Of a DNA stretch of 64,000 nucleotides, positions 34,640-43,922 are shown piece after piece. Below the pieces are notes generated by a model that was not told the DNA's origin, made no database searches, and was given only the letters and a program-made list of their open reading frames with translations. Position 1 is the first letter of the stretch. Each line of letters opens with the position of its first letter. The translations under genes were made by a program, and so were the position numbers. The stretch comes from a bacterium (lineage in GTDB: Bacteria; Zhuqueibacterota; Zhuqueibacteria; Zhuqueibacterales; Zhuqueibacteraceae). Location of the stretch: contig JAYRWE010000039.1 in the NCBI GenBank assembly GCA_041918175.1, positions 50,547 through 114,546 of the forward strand. The letters are read 5' to 3'.

Positions 34640-35704
34640 ATGCCCAAATCGAAAAAACGTCGTTCCAAAAGCGCGGGACTTCCGCCCGGCACGCTCATTC
34701 ACGTCGGCGAGCAGAAGACCGCGCAAGTCAAAATCACTTTGCTCGATTACGACGAAGCCTCGTTGCAGGAGAAAGAGCTTGCCAGCGTGCAGGACTGTCT
34801 ACCGTTTCGTGATCGGCCCACGCGCACGTGGATCAACATCGACGGCCTGCACCAAGTCGATGCCATCGAGCGCCTCGGCAAACATTTCGGACTGCATCCG
34901 CTGGTGTTGGAAGACATCGTCAGCACCGAGCAGCGGCCCAAGCTCGAAGATTTCGGCGAATATATTTTCCTCGTCACCAAGATGTTGAGTTATGATGAAG
35001 CCGCGCAGCAAGTCATCACGGAGCAGGTTAGCCTTGTGCTCGGCGGCAATTTCATCATGTCGTTTCAAGAAGGCGCGAAAGACGATTTCATTCCGATTCG
35101 CCAACGCATCATCAGCGGCAACGGCCGCATGCGCACGATGGGCGTCGATTATTTGCTCTACGCGCTGCTGGACGCCATTGTCGATCATTACTTCCTCGTT
35201 TTGGATAAACTCGGCGAGCAACTTGAAACGTTGGAAGAGACGTTGCTCACCAATCCCACCCAGGCGCAACTCAAAGCAGTACACAAAATCCGGCGCGAGT
35301 TCATTCTCATGCGCAAAGCCGTATGGCCGTTGCGCGACGTGGTTGCCACGCTCGAGCGCCGCGAGTCGGCGTTGATCAAGAGCACAACGACGATTTACCT
35401 GCGCGACTTGTTCGATCACCTCGCGCGCGTGATCGACACCATCGAAAATTATCGCGACCTCGTTTCCGTGTTGCTCGATATCTATCTCTCCAGCTTGAGC
35501 AACAAGATGAACGAAGTCATGAAAACGCTCACCATCATCACCACGATTTTTATTCCGCTCTCGTTTATTGCTGGCGTCTACGGCATGAACTTCGAACACA
35601 TGCCGGAACTACGCTGGCCTTGGAGTTATCCCGCGGTGCTTCTTGTCATGATCGCCATCGGCGTGGTCATGGTGTTTTATTTTAAAAAGAGAAAGTGGTT
35701 CTGA
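34640..35704 (+). CDS. corA: Magnesium/cobalt transporter CorA
   Basis: The first ATG is at 34640 (the ORF track starts at TTG 34634). It has the GVYGMNF (GMN) motif and two C-terminal TM helices. Confidence 0.9.
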   Translation: MPKSKKRRSKSAGLPPGTLIHVGEQKTAQVKITLLDYDEASLQEKELASVQDCLPFRDRPTRTWINIDGLHQVDAIERLGKHFGLHPLVLEDIVSTEQRPKLEDFGEYIFLVTKMLSYDEAAQQVITEQVSLVLGGNFIMSFQEGAKDDFIPIRQRIISGNGRMRTMGVDYLLYALLDAIVDHYFLVLDKLGEQLETLEETLLTNPTQAQLKAVHKIRREFILMRKAVWPLRDVVATLERRESALIKSTTTIYLRDLFDHLARVIDTIENYRDLVSVLLDIYLSSLSNKMNEVMKTLTIITTIFIPLSFIAGVYGMNFEHMPELRWPWSYPAVLLVMIAIGVVMVFYFKKRKWF

Positions 35705-35706
35705 AG

Positions 35707-35934
<228 letters not shown>

Positions 35935-35943
35935 ATCTTACGC

Positions 35944-36879
35944 ATGGAAGTTTCTCGCATACAAGAAGTGCTGAACACCGCTGTCGCGTTGGCGCGTTTG
36001 AATACCGCAGGCGCGCCGGCGAGTTATATTCCGGAGTTGGCGCATGCGCCGCTGGAAATGACGAGCGCGGCAATAACATTATGCCGCGGCGGCGGTCTCG
36101 TTGCCGGTGATGCAGCGCAACATCGCTTTACCATGCAAAGCGTGGCGAAAGTGATTCTGCTCGCGGGCATGTTGGAAGAGAAGGGCGAGCAGCAAGTGTT
36201 CTCGTGGATCGATGCCGAGCCTTCGGGGTTGCCGTTTTCATCTGCGGCGCAACTCGACATCTTTGGGCCAACGCCTTCGAATCCTTTGTTAAATGCGGGC
36301 GCGATTGTTTTGTGCAGCCATATTGCAGGAGAACGGGAAGAGCGGCTGGCGTGGCTGGAGCGCTGGGGAGAGAAACTTTTGGGCGGTCGCGTGCAGATTA
36401 ACCCGCGCGTGTTTTATTCCGAATTGCAAACCGGAGATCGCAATCGCGCGCTTGCGTATTTGATGAAGAGCAATGGCGTGATTCGCGGCGACATCGCGGA
36501 GATTTTGCACACGTATTTTTATCTCTGCTCGATTGAGGCGGACGTGATGCAAGCGAGTCGCATGGGCATGTTGCTCGCCAATCGCGGCTGCGATCACACG
36601 GGCGCGCGCGTGCTCGCGGAGCGCACGGTTGCGATTGTCACGGCGATCATGGCGACGAGCGGATTGTATGATGAATCGGGCATGCATCTCGTGCGCACGG
36701 GATTGCCGGCGAAGAGCGGCGTGTCGGGTTTGATTGTCGCGGTGGCATTGGGCCAGGCAGGCATTGCGGTCGCGAGTCCGCGTATCAATGAAAAGGGAGG
36801 AAGCGTGCGCGGGCACGTGATGCTCGAACATATTTCGCGCGAACTCGGTTGGCACTTTGCGACGCAGCGTTTTGAGTAG
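35944..36879 (+). CDS. glsA: Glutaminase A
   Basis: 311 aa with GAPASYIPELA, the serine-lysine motif QSVAKV, and GLPAKSGVSGLIVAV. Confidence 0.9.
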   Translation: MEVSRIQEVLNTAVALARLNTAGAPASYIPELAHAPLEMTSAAITLCRGGGLVAGDAAQHRFTMQSVAKVILLAGMLEEKGEQQVFSWIDAEPSGLPFSSAAQLDIFGPTPSNPLLNAGAIVLCSHIAGEREERLAWLERWGEKLLGGRVQINPRVFYSELQTGDRNRALAYLMKSNGVIRGDIAEILHTYFYLCSIEADVMQASRMGMLLANRGCDHTGARVLAERTVAIVTAIMATSGLYDESGMHLVRTGLPAKSGVSGLIVAVALGQAGIAVASPRINEKGGSVRGHVMLEHISRELGWHFATQRFE

Positions 36880-36974
36880 TAACTGTTATCTTAGTTTTTA
36901 GTCATGGTGAGCGGAGTCGAACCATGATAACGCCCTTCGACTCCGCTATGCGTTTTGAGGTGCTTGCTCGTGGT

Positions 36975-37035
36975 GGAGAACACCCCCCTGGCCCCCCTCA
37001 AGGGGGGAATTATTGTGTGCTCGGACTTTTCAAAA
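36975..37035. repeat. Family C repeat, copy 1
   Basis: ggagaacacccccctggcccccctcaaggggggaattattgtgtgctcggacttttcaaaa. It is a direct repeat of 37156-37216. Confidence 0.85.
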
Positions 37036-37155
37036 TGACGTCGGGAAAGTCTCCCGCATGGGTGTCATCGCAGCACAGCACGCAACGCGTCACAGCTTTG
37101 GAGTGGGATCAATCTGCAGCAGCGCATTTATGCGTTTAGAAGCCTTCACTGTGCT

Positions 37156-37216
37156 GGAGAACACCCCCCTAACCCCCCTCAAGGGGGGAATTATTGTGTG
37201 CTCGGTCTTTTCAAAA
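37156..37216. repeat. Family C repeat, copy 2
   Basis: ggagaacacccccctaacccccctcaaggggggaattattgtgtgctcggtcttttcaaaa. Confidence 0.85.
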
Positions 37217-37435
37217 GCATTCTCAAACATAAAAATGATGATGGAAGATATTGGGCACTGCTCATTTTGCAAAGATCAGTTCAGCAGCGGGATGCAATCG
37301 CTTTGAAGTCACCTCGCTTGCAAAGGCCACCGCGGTAAACAAGCGGAGATGACACGCAAGAACGCGCAGCGACAAGCCATAAAAAAAATCAAATGGAGCA
37401 AGTCGACAAGCGCATGCACGCTGAGTTTGCTCTAA

Positions 37436-37474
37436 AAATAAAACGCACGGCTTGTGACCGTGCGTTTTGTTTTA
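37436..37474. terminator. Bidirectional rho-independent terminator
   Basis: aaaacgcacgg-cttgtga-ccgtgcgtttt has an 11-bp stem flanked by an A-run and a T-run. It lies ~85 nt downstream of the giant minus-strand gene. Confidence 0.7.
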
Positions 37475-37554
37475 TGCGAAACCCAACTTGCAATGACGTT
37501 CAATTCGTAGCCGCGGGTTATGTGGATGATACGATACCCCACAAGGGGGTAGGG

Positions 37555-40500
37555 CTACTTTACCATTTCTAACCTGCCGCGCAGCACGCGGTCATTGACT
37601 TCCAGCAGATAAAAGTATGATCCGCTCGCTACGGTTTGTCCGTTGCGATCTTTGCCATTCCAGCGGCTTTCGAAAATGCCGGCGTGCAGATCGCGATCGA
37701 GGAGGTTGCGCACCACTGCGCCGCGCACGTCGAAAATACGCAGCCGCACGCGGGCTGGCTCATGCAAACGAAAACGAATGGTCGTCTCCGGATTGAAGGG
37801 ATTGGGATAGGCGGAAATCTCCGGGCCTGCGGCTTCGTTGGCAACGATCAACTCTGCAGTGGGATTGGCGTTTGCTTTCGGCGCGCTGTTGAGAAAGTGA
37901 TTATACCAAACATCATTGGTCGTCACATTGCCGCCGCAAAGCATCATGCCGGGGTTCGAGTAAAAAGATTGCATGTAGCCTGCGAGGTCGCCGAAGTTGT
38001 CGCTATCGTGTTTGAGCAAGACGGTGGCGGTTTGCGCTTCCAACGAGGCTTCATCGCCAAACGCGCAGGACTTATACTCCGCGAGATTCGGCGTGTAATT
38101 GCGCACGCCGAAGAGATAAAGGCGTTGCTGGCTCGCGTTGATTGCAACCACGGGCGAGTTCCATCGATTGCCCACTGCGACTTTATATTTCTGCCAAGTG
38201 CCGGCAACGGTGCGTTCATATAACGTATTGCGCACGTCGGTGGGCCCGGCGGCGTTGCTATTGCGCGTAAGCAAATAAAGCTTGCCCTGCGGCGTTGCTT
38301 GCGCGCTGATCCATTGATCGCCGCGTTCCACGCCAAAGAAGGTGAGGTTCGCGCTTTCATCCGTCCAGCTATTGGTTGCCGCACCATCTTGATGGCGCAA
38401 GAAGCCGTAGTCCACGCCGCCGTTTGCTGCGGTCATGCCATAGAACACGCCGACTTGCGCAACGTTGTTGGGGCGAAACATTACGCCGTCAACCATGCCG
38501 CTGCCGCCGGCGAGGCCGGATTTCAACACCAGTGTTGCAGACCACGTCACGCCATTGTCGGTGGAAACTTTGGCTTCGAGCGCGCCGAGATTGATGCGGA
38601 AGAGCCAAAGCTCGCCATTGTGCGCGCGTGTCATGGCGAGCGCATGGCCGGTTTTGCCGTGGCCAAAGTCTGCGACGTTCGCGGCGACCATGTCTTCTAC
38701 CCAAGCCGTGCCGTTATGAAACCAGCGGCTAAACTTGGTGTTCTTCTCGTGCGAGGTGACGAAGTACAACTTGCTGTTGGCAGAATCAAGCACAGCGTCG
38801 ATGCGCAACGGGGCGCGCGAGTCGAGTTTCACATCGCGCGTCCATGTGCCGGCGTTGTATTTCCAGAGATGCCAATCCGTCAAGACGGAGTCAAACGCAA
38901 TGAGCCACCACGTATTTTTGAAATGGAAAAGTTTGCCTGTGCCGCTGCGATCCAAAGTTGCATCCGTGGTTGCATGCAACTGAGCGCCAATCGTGCCGCT
39001 CGAAGGCGGCGCGGAGGGCAGCGCATTGAGTGTGTAACTCGGCGAAGTGACGTCGCTGGTTTGCACGCTGGTGTGTGCTTGCAAGGTATAACTGCCCGCA
39101 CTCGTAGGATTCACAACGCCCGCGCTCGCCTCAAAGATCAGCGTGAGGTTGGCATTGTTTGCGAGCGCATTCGGCACGGTCACCAGCGCTTGCCGATTGG
39201 CGGGATTCGTCGTCACGCTTGCTGCACTTGCGCCATTGACCAACACCGCTGCGTTGAGCATGCTTGCGGGAATCGTTGTGCCGTTCGGCCAAGTTATCGT
39301 GATCGTGCCGCTGTTCGCCGCGAGCGCGCCGAGGCTGCCGAGCTTGAGGCTGATCGTATATTGCGCGGTGCGCGTCACCGTGTCCGGCGCAACGCTCACG
39401 CTGTTGACAACGAGCGCGGTTGAAGTGGCTGCGACGATATTATAATTCGGCGAAGAAATGTTTGTAGTTTGCGCGCTCGTTTGCGCCTGCAAAGCATAAG
39501 CGCCTGCCGTGCTCGGATTCACCAAGCCTGCGCTTGTGGTGAAAACGAGAGCGACTGCGGCATTGTTTGCGAGCGCATTGGGCACAGTGACCGTCGCTTG
39601 TCGATTGGCAACATTCGTGGCTACGCTTGCGGCATTAGCGCCATTCACCGTGGCCGCAGTGTTCGCAATACTCGCAGGCACTGTGGTGCCATTGGGCCAT
39701 GTGATTGTGATGGTGCCGCTGTTCGCTGCAAGTGCGCCGAGGCTGCCGAGCGTGAGATTGATCGTATATTGCGCGGTGCGTGAAACCGTATCGGGCGCTA
39801 CGCTCACGCTATTCACCGCAAGCGGCGTTGAAGTCGCGCCCGGCGTGATGCTGTAGCTCGGCGAAAGCACATTCGTCGGTTCAACGGAAGTGTGCGCTTG
39901 CAAAGTATAATTGCCTGTGCCGGGATTCACGATGCCCGCGCTATTCAAAAACGCGAGCGAGACTACCGCGCCGTTGGAAAGATCATCCGGAATCGTGACC
40001 GCAACTTGCCGCGTCGCCGGTGTCGTCGTGACGGCACTCGCCTCGCTACCGTTTACGGTTACGGCGCTCGTTGCCATGCTCGCGGGAATCGTCGTGCCGC
40101 TCGGCCATGTGATAATGATCTCGTCGCTGTTGTCGTTTAGCTCGCCGTTCGCACCCAATGTCAACCCGATGGTATAAGTCGCGTTCAACAATTCCGTCGT
40201 GGGATTCACGGTTACGCTATTCACGATCAGCGTGTTGGTTGAGCCGCCGCCGCTCCCACCGCCGCTGCCATTAAGCCCAAGCAGCGCATACCAAATTTCA
40301 CTGCCACCTTGATCTTCCGCGCATACGAGCAAGCCCGTGCTGCCATTCACACGATCGCGCGGTACGGAGATGTTGTTGTAACCGCCTTTGTCCATCAAAT
40401 CTACTGCGCTCGCATTGGCCAATGAACCCTCATCGCCAATCGCGCAGCGTTTGTATTGCGCTTTCTCCGGCGAGCCTTCTTGCGTGCCCATCACATATAC

Positions 40501-43443
40501 ATGGCTATTGGTTTCATCCACGACCACTGCGGGCCGCGTCCAACCGCCGCCGTATTGCACCACGTAGTTTGACCAACTGCCGCCGCTGCTGCGTTTGAAC
40601 AGGCCAATGCCCGGGGCCGAACCACCGTCAGGGTGAGTTTTGTAGATGAAATAAAGTTCGTTGTTTTGGCTTACGGCCATGGACATGTGATCGTCGGCAT
40701 CGGCATTGTTTGGTTGCGGCATGCTGCTCGTTTCATCGCTCCACGTGCCGTCGCTGTCGCCATCTTTGTGTTTGAGAAAACCGTAAATTGCTCCGCTCGC
40801 GGTATTCTCCGCATAGCCCACACCGACATAGTTTGTGCCGCCAATCGCAAACGTGACTGCATCCACCAAGCCCGTGCTCACGATGCCGCTCTTCACCGTA
40901 AGGATTGAAGACCAACTCGCGCCGTCATTGGTGGATTTCATCGCATCCACTTTTGAGGATTTATATCGAAACGCCCAGAGTTCGCCGTTCTTCGCTTTGG
41001 TGAGCACGATGCAATACTCGCCCGTGAACGTAAAGTTCGAGAGCGTTACGGGAAAACCGCCGTCAATGCTGAATGAGCCGCCGCTATAGGTCAAACGCGA
41101 GAAGCGCGTGCCCGAACCGGAAGACGTGGCGAGCAAGACATAGAGCTTGTTCGTCGCCGCATCCATGTAACAATCCGGGCGTGTGCTGCTGCGTTCATCT
41201 AGCGCAACTTGCGCGGACCAAGTGCTGCCGTTGAGTTTCCACAAATACCACTTTGCGTCCGAACTTTTACGCGCCAGCGTCCACCACGTGCCGTCATGAT
41301 AAAACGGACGATTTTGATTCGGCTTGTTATAGCCGCCCGCAGAGCCGGTGATCGCAAAATCCTCGCCCGTGGGCGGTGCGCTCGCAGCAGTGATGGCGTA
41401 CATATTCGAAGTGACCGGCGTGGTCTCTACGCTCGTTGCCACGCTCAAGGTAAAATTGCCCGCGCTGTTCGGATTCGTGATTGCGGTCGAAGGCAAAAGG
41501 AGCGAGAGCGCGGCATTGTTATCGAGCGTCAACGACGCGGGCGCCGTTATCGTCACGGTGTGCGCGCCGCTATTGCCGGTGGCCGTGGCATTCACACCAT
41601 TGATGGTCACGTTGCTCAAGCTGCCGTTGGTCACGCTCGTGACATTGTTAAACGTGAGCGTAATCGTGCTCGTGCCTGCGAGCAAGCGACCCTGCGCGCC
41701 GAGATTGCATGTAATCGTGTACGATGCAGCGCTATTCACCGTGTTCGGGCTTGGCGTTACGTTCGCAATTGAAACTTGCGTCGTCGCACTTGTGATCGCA
41801 TAATTCGGTGAAGTGCCGGAGGTGGTTTGCGCGCTCGTGCGCGCTTGCAGAGTATAATTGCCCGCCGTGGAAGGATTGAGCAAACCTGCACCGCTATTGA
41901 ATACAATCGACACGCTCGCGTCATTCGCCAAAGCGATCGGCGTGGTAATCGTCACTTCGCGCGTTGCGCTGTTCGCTGCAACGCTTGCGGCATTATTGCC
42001 ATTCACGCTCACTTGGCTGGCTGCAATGCTGCTTGGCACATGCGTGTTGTTTGGAAATTGTATCGTGATCGTGCCGCTGCCGCTTGCCAACGCACCGCTG
42101 CTGCCGAGCGTGAGCGGGATGGTGTAGCTCGCGTTCGTGTTCGCTTCGCTGTTTGAAAGAGAAATAGTTCCGACCACAACTGCACCGGCAGGAGGCGGGC
42201 CGCCGCCACCGCTGCCACCAAGCTCGTTGAACCAAATGTCGGCAGTCTCGGCATTATCCACGCAAACCATCAATGTTGTGGCTGCGCCAAAGTTGGGAGC
42301 GCTCGGCACGCTGAGATCGACAAAGTCATTCACGCTAGCGCTAAACAAAATCGAAGCAGCCGCATTCGCCAAGCTGCTCTCACTGCCTACCGCGCAGCTT
42401 TTATATTCCGCCTGTCCCGTCGCCAGATTGATGCCCATTACATGCAGAGCATTGTTGGCGGGATGCAAAGCCACGGCCGGGCTGAACCATGCTGCGGAAG
42501 TATTCACTGCAAACGCTTGCCATGAACCGTTGCTCGCGCTGCGTTTGAACAACGTGTTGTTCGCCTCGCCGCTGCTGGCGCCAATGTTTTGCGTGAGCAA
42601 AAAAAGATTATTGGCATTGTCAGCCGTGAGCGCAATCTCATTTGTTGCATGCGCGCTGCCCGAGAGCACAAGGCTCGCAGTCTCATCGCTCCACACGTTG
42701 TCGGCCTCTGAGTCTTTGTGTTTGATAAAACCAAAGCGACTGCCCGCGCCGTCTTTCTCGCCATAAGCCACGCCGACATAATCTTCCGATGACGTCGTGA
42801 ATGCCACGGCATCCGTAACGCCGGAAGTATTCAAGCCGCTTTTGATTGTAATGACAGCAGACCAAGTTGCGCCGTCGTCCGCAGAACTTTTGGCTTGCAC
42901 GCTCGTGCCGCTGATGCGAAAGAGCCAGAGCTTGCCGTTCTTTGCTCGCGCCATGCTCACCCGGTTTGTGCCGTCGTCCAGGAAGTCGCTCAAACGCAAA
43001 GGAAAGCCGCTGTTAATCGACCATGCGCCCGCGCTGTATGTGAGCCGCAGAAAATCCGGCTTCGAATCATTCGAGAGCATGAGGAAGAGACGATTGTTGC
43101 CCGCATCGAGCAGCGCATCGGGAATGCGTGACGAAGAAGTGGTCACGAGCAACGTCGGCGTCCACGTACTCGTTGCGACCTCGTGCTTCCAAATATGCCA
43201 ATCGCTTTCGCCGTCGATGACGGCGAGCGCCCACCATTTGCCGTCGTGATAAAACACTTTGCTTTGGTTGGATTTGTAAAAATCCGAATCTGTATCAACC
43301 GAGAGGGGCGCGCCCTGCGCGAAAACAGTATCCGATGCAGCGCCGAAAAACGCGCACAACAGGAGTGCGAAAAGCAGCATGCGCCCCGCAACTCCACGCC
43401 GCGTTGTCGCCGTGGTTTTGTAATGGGAGACTTGCAAAGTCAT
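37555..43443 (-). CDS. Giant secreted surface protein: three Asp-box beta-propeller-like modules, five Ig-like repeats, T9SS C-terminal sorting domain
   Basis: 1,962 aa. The signal peptide is MLLFALLLCAFFGAASDTVFAQ (alternative start ATG 43380). A ~370-aa module recurs three times, each with one Asp-box (SADDGATWS, STNDGASWS, STDNGVTWS). The modules are separated by 2 + 3 Ig-like units of 136 aa. The C-terminus YPNPFNPETTIRFRL...RIFDVRGAVV...WNGKDRNGQTVASGSYFYLLEV matches the Por/T9SS sorting-domain pattern. Confidence 0.9.
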   Translation of the reverse strand: MTLQVSHYKTTATTRRGVAGRMLLFALLLCAFFGAASDTVFAQGAPLSVDTDSDFYKSNQSKVFYHDGKWWALAVIDGESDWHIWKHEVATSTWTPTLLVTTSSSRIPDALLDAGNNRLFLMLSNDSKPDFLRLTYSAGAWSINSGFPLRLSDFLDDGTNRVSMARAKNGKLWLFRISGTSVQAKSSADDGATWSAVITIKSGLNTSGVTDAVAFTTSSEDYVGVAYGEKDGAGSRFGFIKHKDSEADNVWSDETASLVLSGSAHATNEIALTADNANNLFLLTQNIGASSGEANNTLFKRSASNGSWQAFAVNTSAAWFSPAVALHPANNALHVMGINLATGQAEYKSCAVGSESSLANAAASILFSASVNDFVDLSVPSAPNFGAATTLMVCVDNAETADIWFNELGGSGGGGPPPAGAVVVGTISLSNSEANTNASYTIPLTLGSSGALASGSGTITIQFPNNTHVPSSIAASQVSVNGNNAASVAANSATREVTITTPIALANDASVSIVFNSGAGLLNPSTAGNYTLQARTSAQTTSGTSPNYAITSATTQVSIANVTPSPNTVNSAASYTITCNLGAQGRLLAGTSTITLTFNNVTSVTNGSLSNVTINGVNATATGNSGAHTVTITAPASLTLDNNAALSLLLPSTAITNPNSAGNFTLSVATSVETTPVTSNMYAITAASAPPTGEDFAITGSAGGYNKPNQNRPFYHDGTWWTLARKSSDAKWYLWKLNGSTWSAQVALDERSSTRPDCYMDAATNKLYVLLATSSGSGTRFSRLTYSGGSFSIDGGFPVTLSNFTFTGEYCIVLTKAKNGELWAFRYKSSKVDAMKSTNDGASWSSILTVKSGIVSTGLVDAVTFAIGGTNYVGVGYAENTASGAIYGFLKHKDGDSDGTWSDETSSMPQPNNADADDHMSMAVSQNNELYFIYKTHPDGGSAPGIGLFKRSSGGSWSNYVVQYGGGWTRPAVVVDETNSHVYVMGTQEGSPEKAQYKRCAIGDEGSLANASAVDLMDKGGYNNISVPRDRVNGSTGLLVCAEDQGGSEIWYALLGLNGSGGGSGGGSTNTLIVNSVTVNPTTELLNATYTIGLTLGANGELNDNSDEIIITWPSGTTIPASMATSAVTVNGSEASAVTTTPATRQVAVTIPDDLSNGAVVSLAFLNSAGIVNPGTGNYTLQAHTSVEPTNVLSPSYSITPGATSTPLAVNSVSVAPDTVSRTAQYTINLTLGSLGALAANSGTITITWPNGTTVPASIANTAATVNGANAASVATNVANRQATVTVPNALANNAAVALVFTTSAGLVNPSTAGAYALQAQTSAQTTNISSPNYNIVAATSTALVVNSVSVAPDTVTRTAQYTISLKLGSLGALAANSGTITITWPNGTTIPASMLNAAVLVNGASAASVTTNPANRQALVTVPNALANNANLTLIFEASAGVVNPTSAGSYTLQAHTSVQTSDVTSPSYTLNALPSAPPSSGTIGAQLHATTDATLDRSGTGKLFHFKNTWWLIAFDSVLTDWHLWKYNAGTWTRDVKLDSRAPLRIDAVLDSANSKLYFVTSHEKNTKFSRWFHNGTAWVEDMVAANVADFGHGKTGHALAMTRAHNGELWLFRINLGALEAKVSTDNGVTWSATLVLKSGLAGGSGMVDGVMFRPNNVAQVGVFYGMTAANGGVDYGFLRHQDGAATNSWTDESANLTFFGVERGDQWISAQATPQGKLYLLTRNSNAAGPTDVRNTLYERTVAGTWQKYKVAVGNRWNSPVVAINASQQRLYLFGVRNYTPNLAEYKSCAFGDEASLEAQTATVLLKHDSDNFGDLAGYMQSFYSNPGMMLCGGNVTTNDVWYNHFLNSAPKANANPTAELIVANEAAGPEISAYPNPFNPETTIRFRLHEPARVRLRIFDVRGAVVRNLLDRDLHAGIFESRWNGKDRNGQTVASGSYFYLLEVNDRVLRGRLEMVK
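38995..40218 (-). repeat. Three tandem 408-bp (136-codon) Ig-like repeat units inside the giant surface-protein gene
   Basis: Units start at 40218 (SVTVNPTTELLNATYTIGLTLG...), 39810 (SVSVAPDTVSRTAQYTINLTLGSLGALAANSGTITITWPNGTTVPAS...) and 39402 (SVSVAPDTVTRTAQYTISLKLGSLGALAANSGTITITWPNGTTIPAS...). The last two are nearly identical over their first ~47 codons. Confidence 0.9.
41390..42180 (-). repeat. Two further, more diverged tandem Ig-like units of the same type (approximate bounds)
   Basis: VVVGTISLSNSEANTNASYTIPLTLGSSGALASGSGTITIQFPNN... and VTPSPNTVNSAASYTITCNLGAQGRLLAGTSTITLTFNN... Confidence 0.75.
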
Positions 43444-43922
43444 GTGGAAATCCTTTCAGGAAGCAAAAACTGCTGCGGCAAGTTGGTCTTGCCCACGATG
43501 CTTTATAAAACGGGTGATGGTCGATAGGTAGTGAGGTTAAACGAGTTGTTCATTTGATCTCACACTTGCTGAGGTGGGAGAAGCAAAACGTGCGGCACAA
43601 TTCGGCCTTTTCGGAAAGGAAAAAACGACAACACAAAATCGTATGAGAGTACCGCGTGCTCTTCATGCTTGCGGAATGAATGAGAGAAGGGCGAGAGAAT
43701 TTACAGAAGGTGGTCGGAGATTGAAGGCAGAGTGGGTTCGCTTGGCGAGACAGGCAATTGCACGGCGAGGCTTACAGAAAGCACTTCGCTGCGCTAAACA
43801 CACGCGTGCAGCGGCGGGCAAAACAATTTATGGTTGGTCCTGTTGTGGAACACGCCTTCGTCTGATGATGAAGCATATGATGAAGACGTGAGGCCACAGC
43901 AGCGCAAGAGGCGGGAGGAGCG

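Noticed and set aside
34799-35599. 266-aa minus-strand ORF opposite corA
   Set aside because: It is an antisense shadow of corA, whose GMN motif and TM helices are on the + strand.
36903-36950. tRNA-like or T-arm-like string (gtgagcggagtcgaaccatgataacgcccttcgactccgc)
   Set aside because: It has no cloverleaf: no acceptor stem pairing, D-arm or anticodon arm. It is a hairpin of the same 'gtcat...' intergenic repeat flavour. No tRNA or rRNA signature was seen anywhere in the window.
36924-37306. Three 60-97-aa ORFs in the glsA-to-giant-gene spacer
   Set aside because: Each is built on the family C repeats (..ENTPLTPLKGGIIVCS..). None has an RBS or a family resemblance.
43574-43891. 105-aa + ORF upstream of the giant surface-protein gene
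   Set aside because: It is Arg/Lys/Ala-rich with no RBS or motif. It lies in the probable promoter/leader region of the giant gene.
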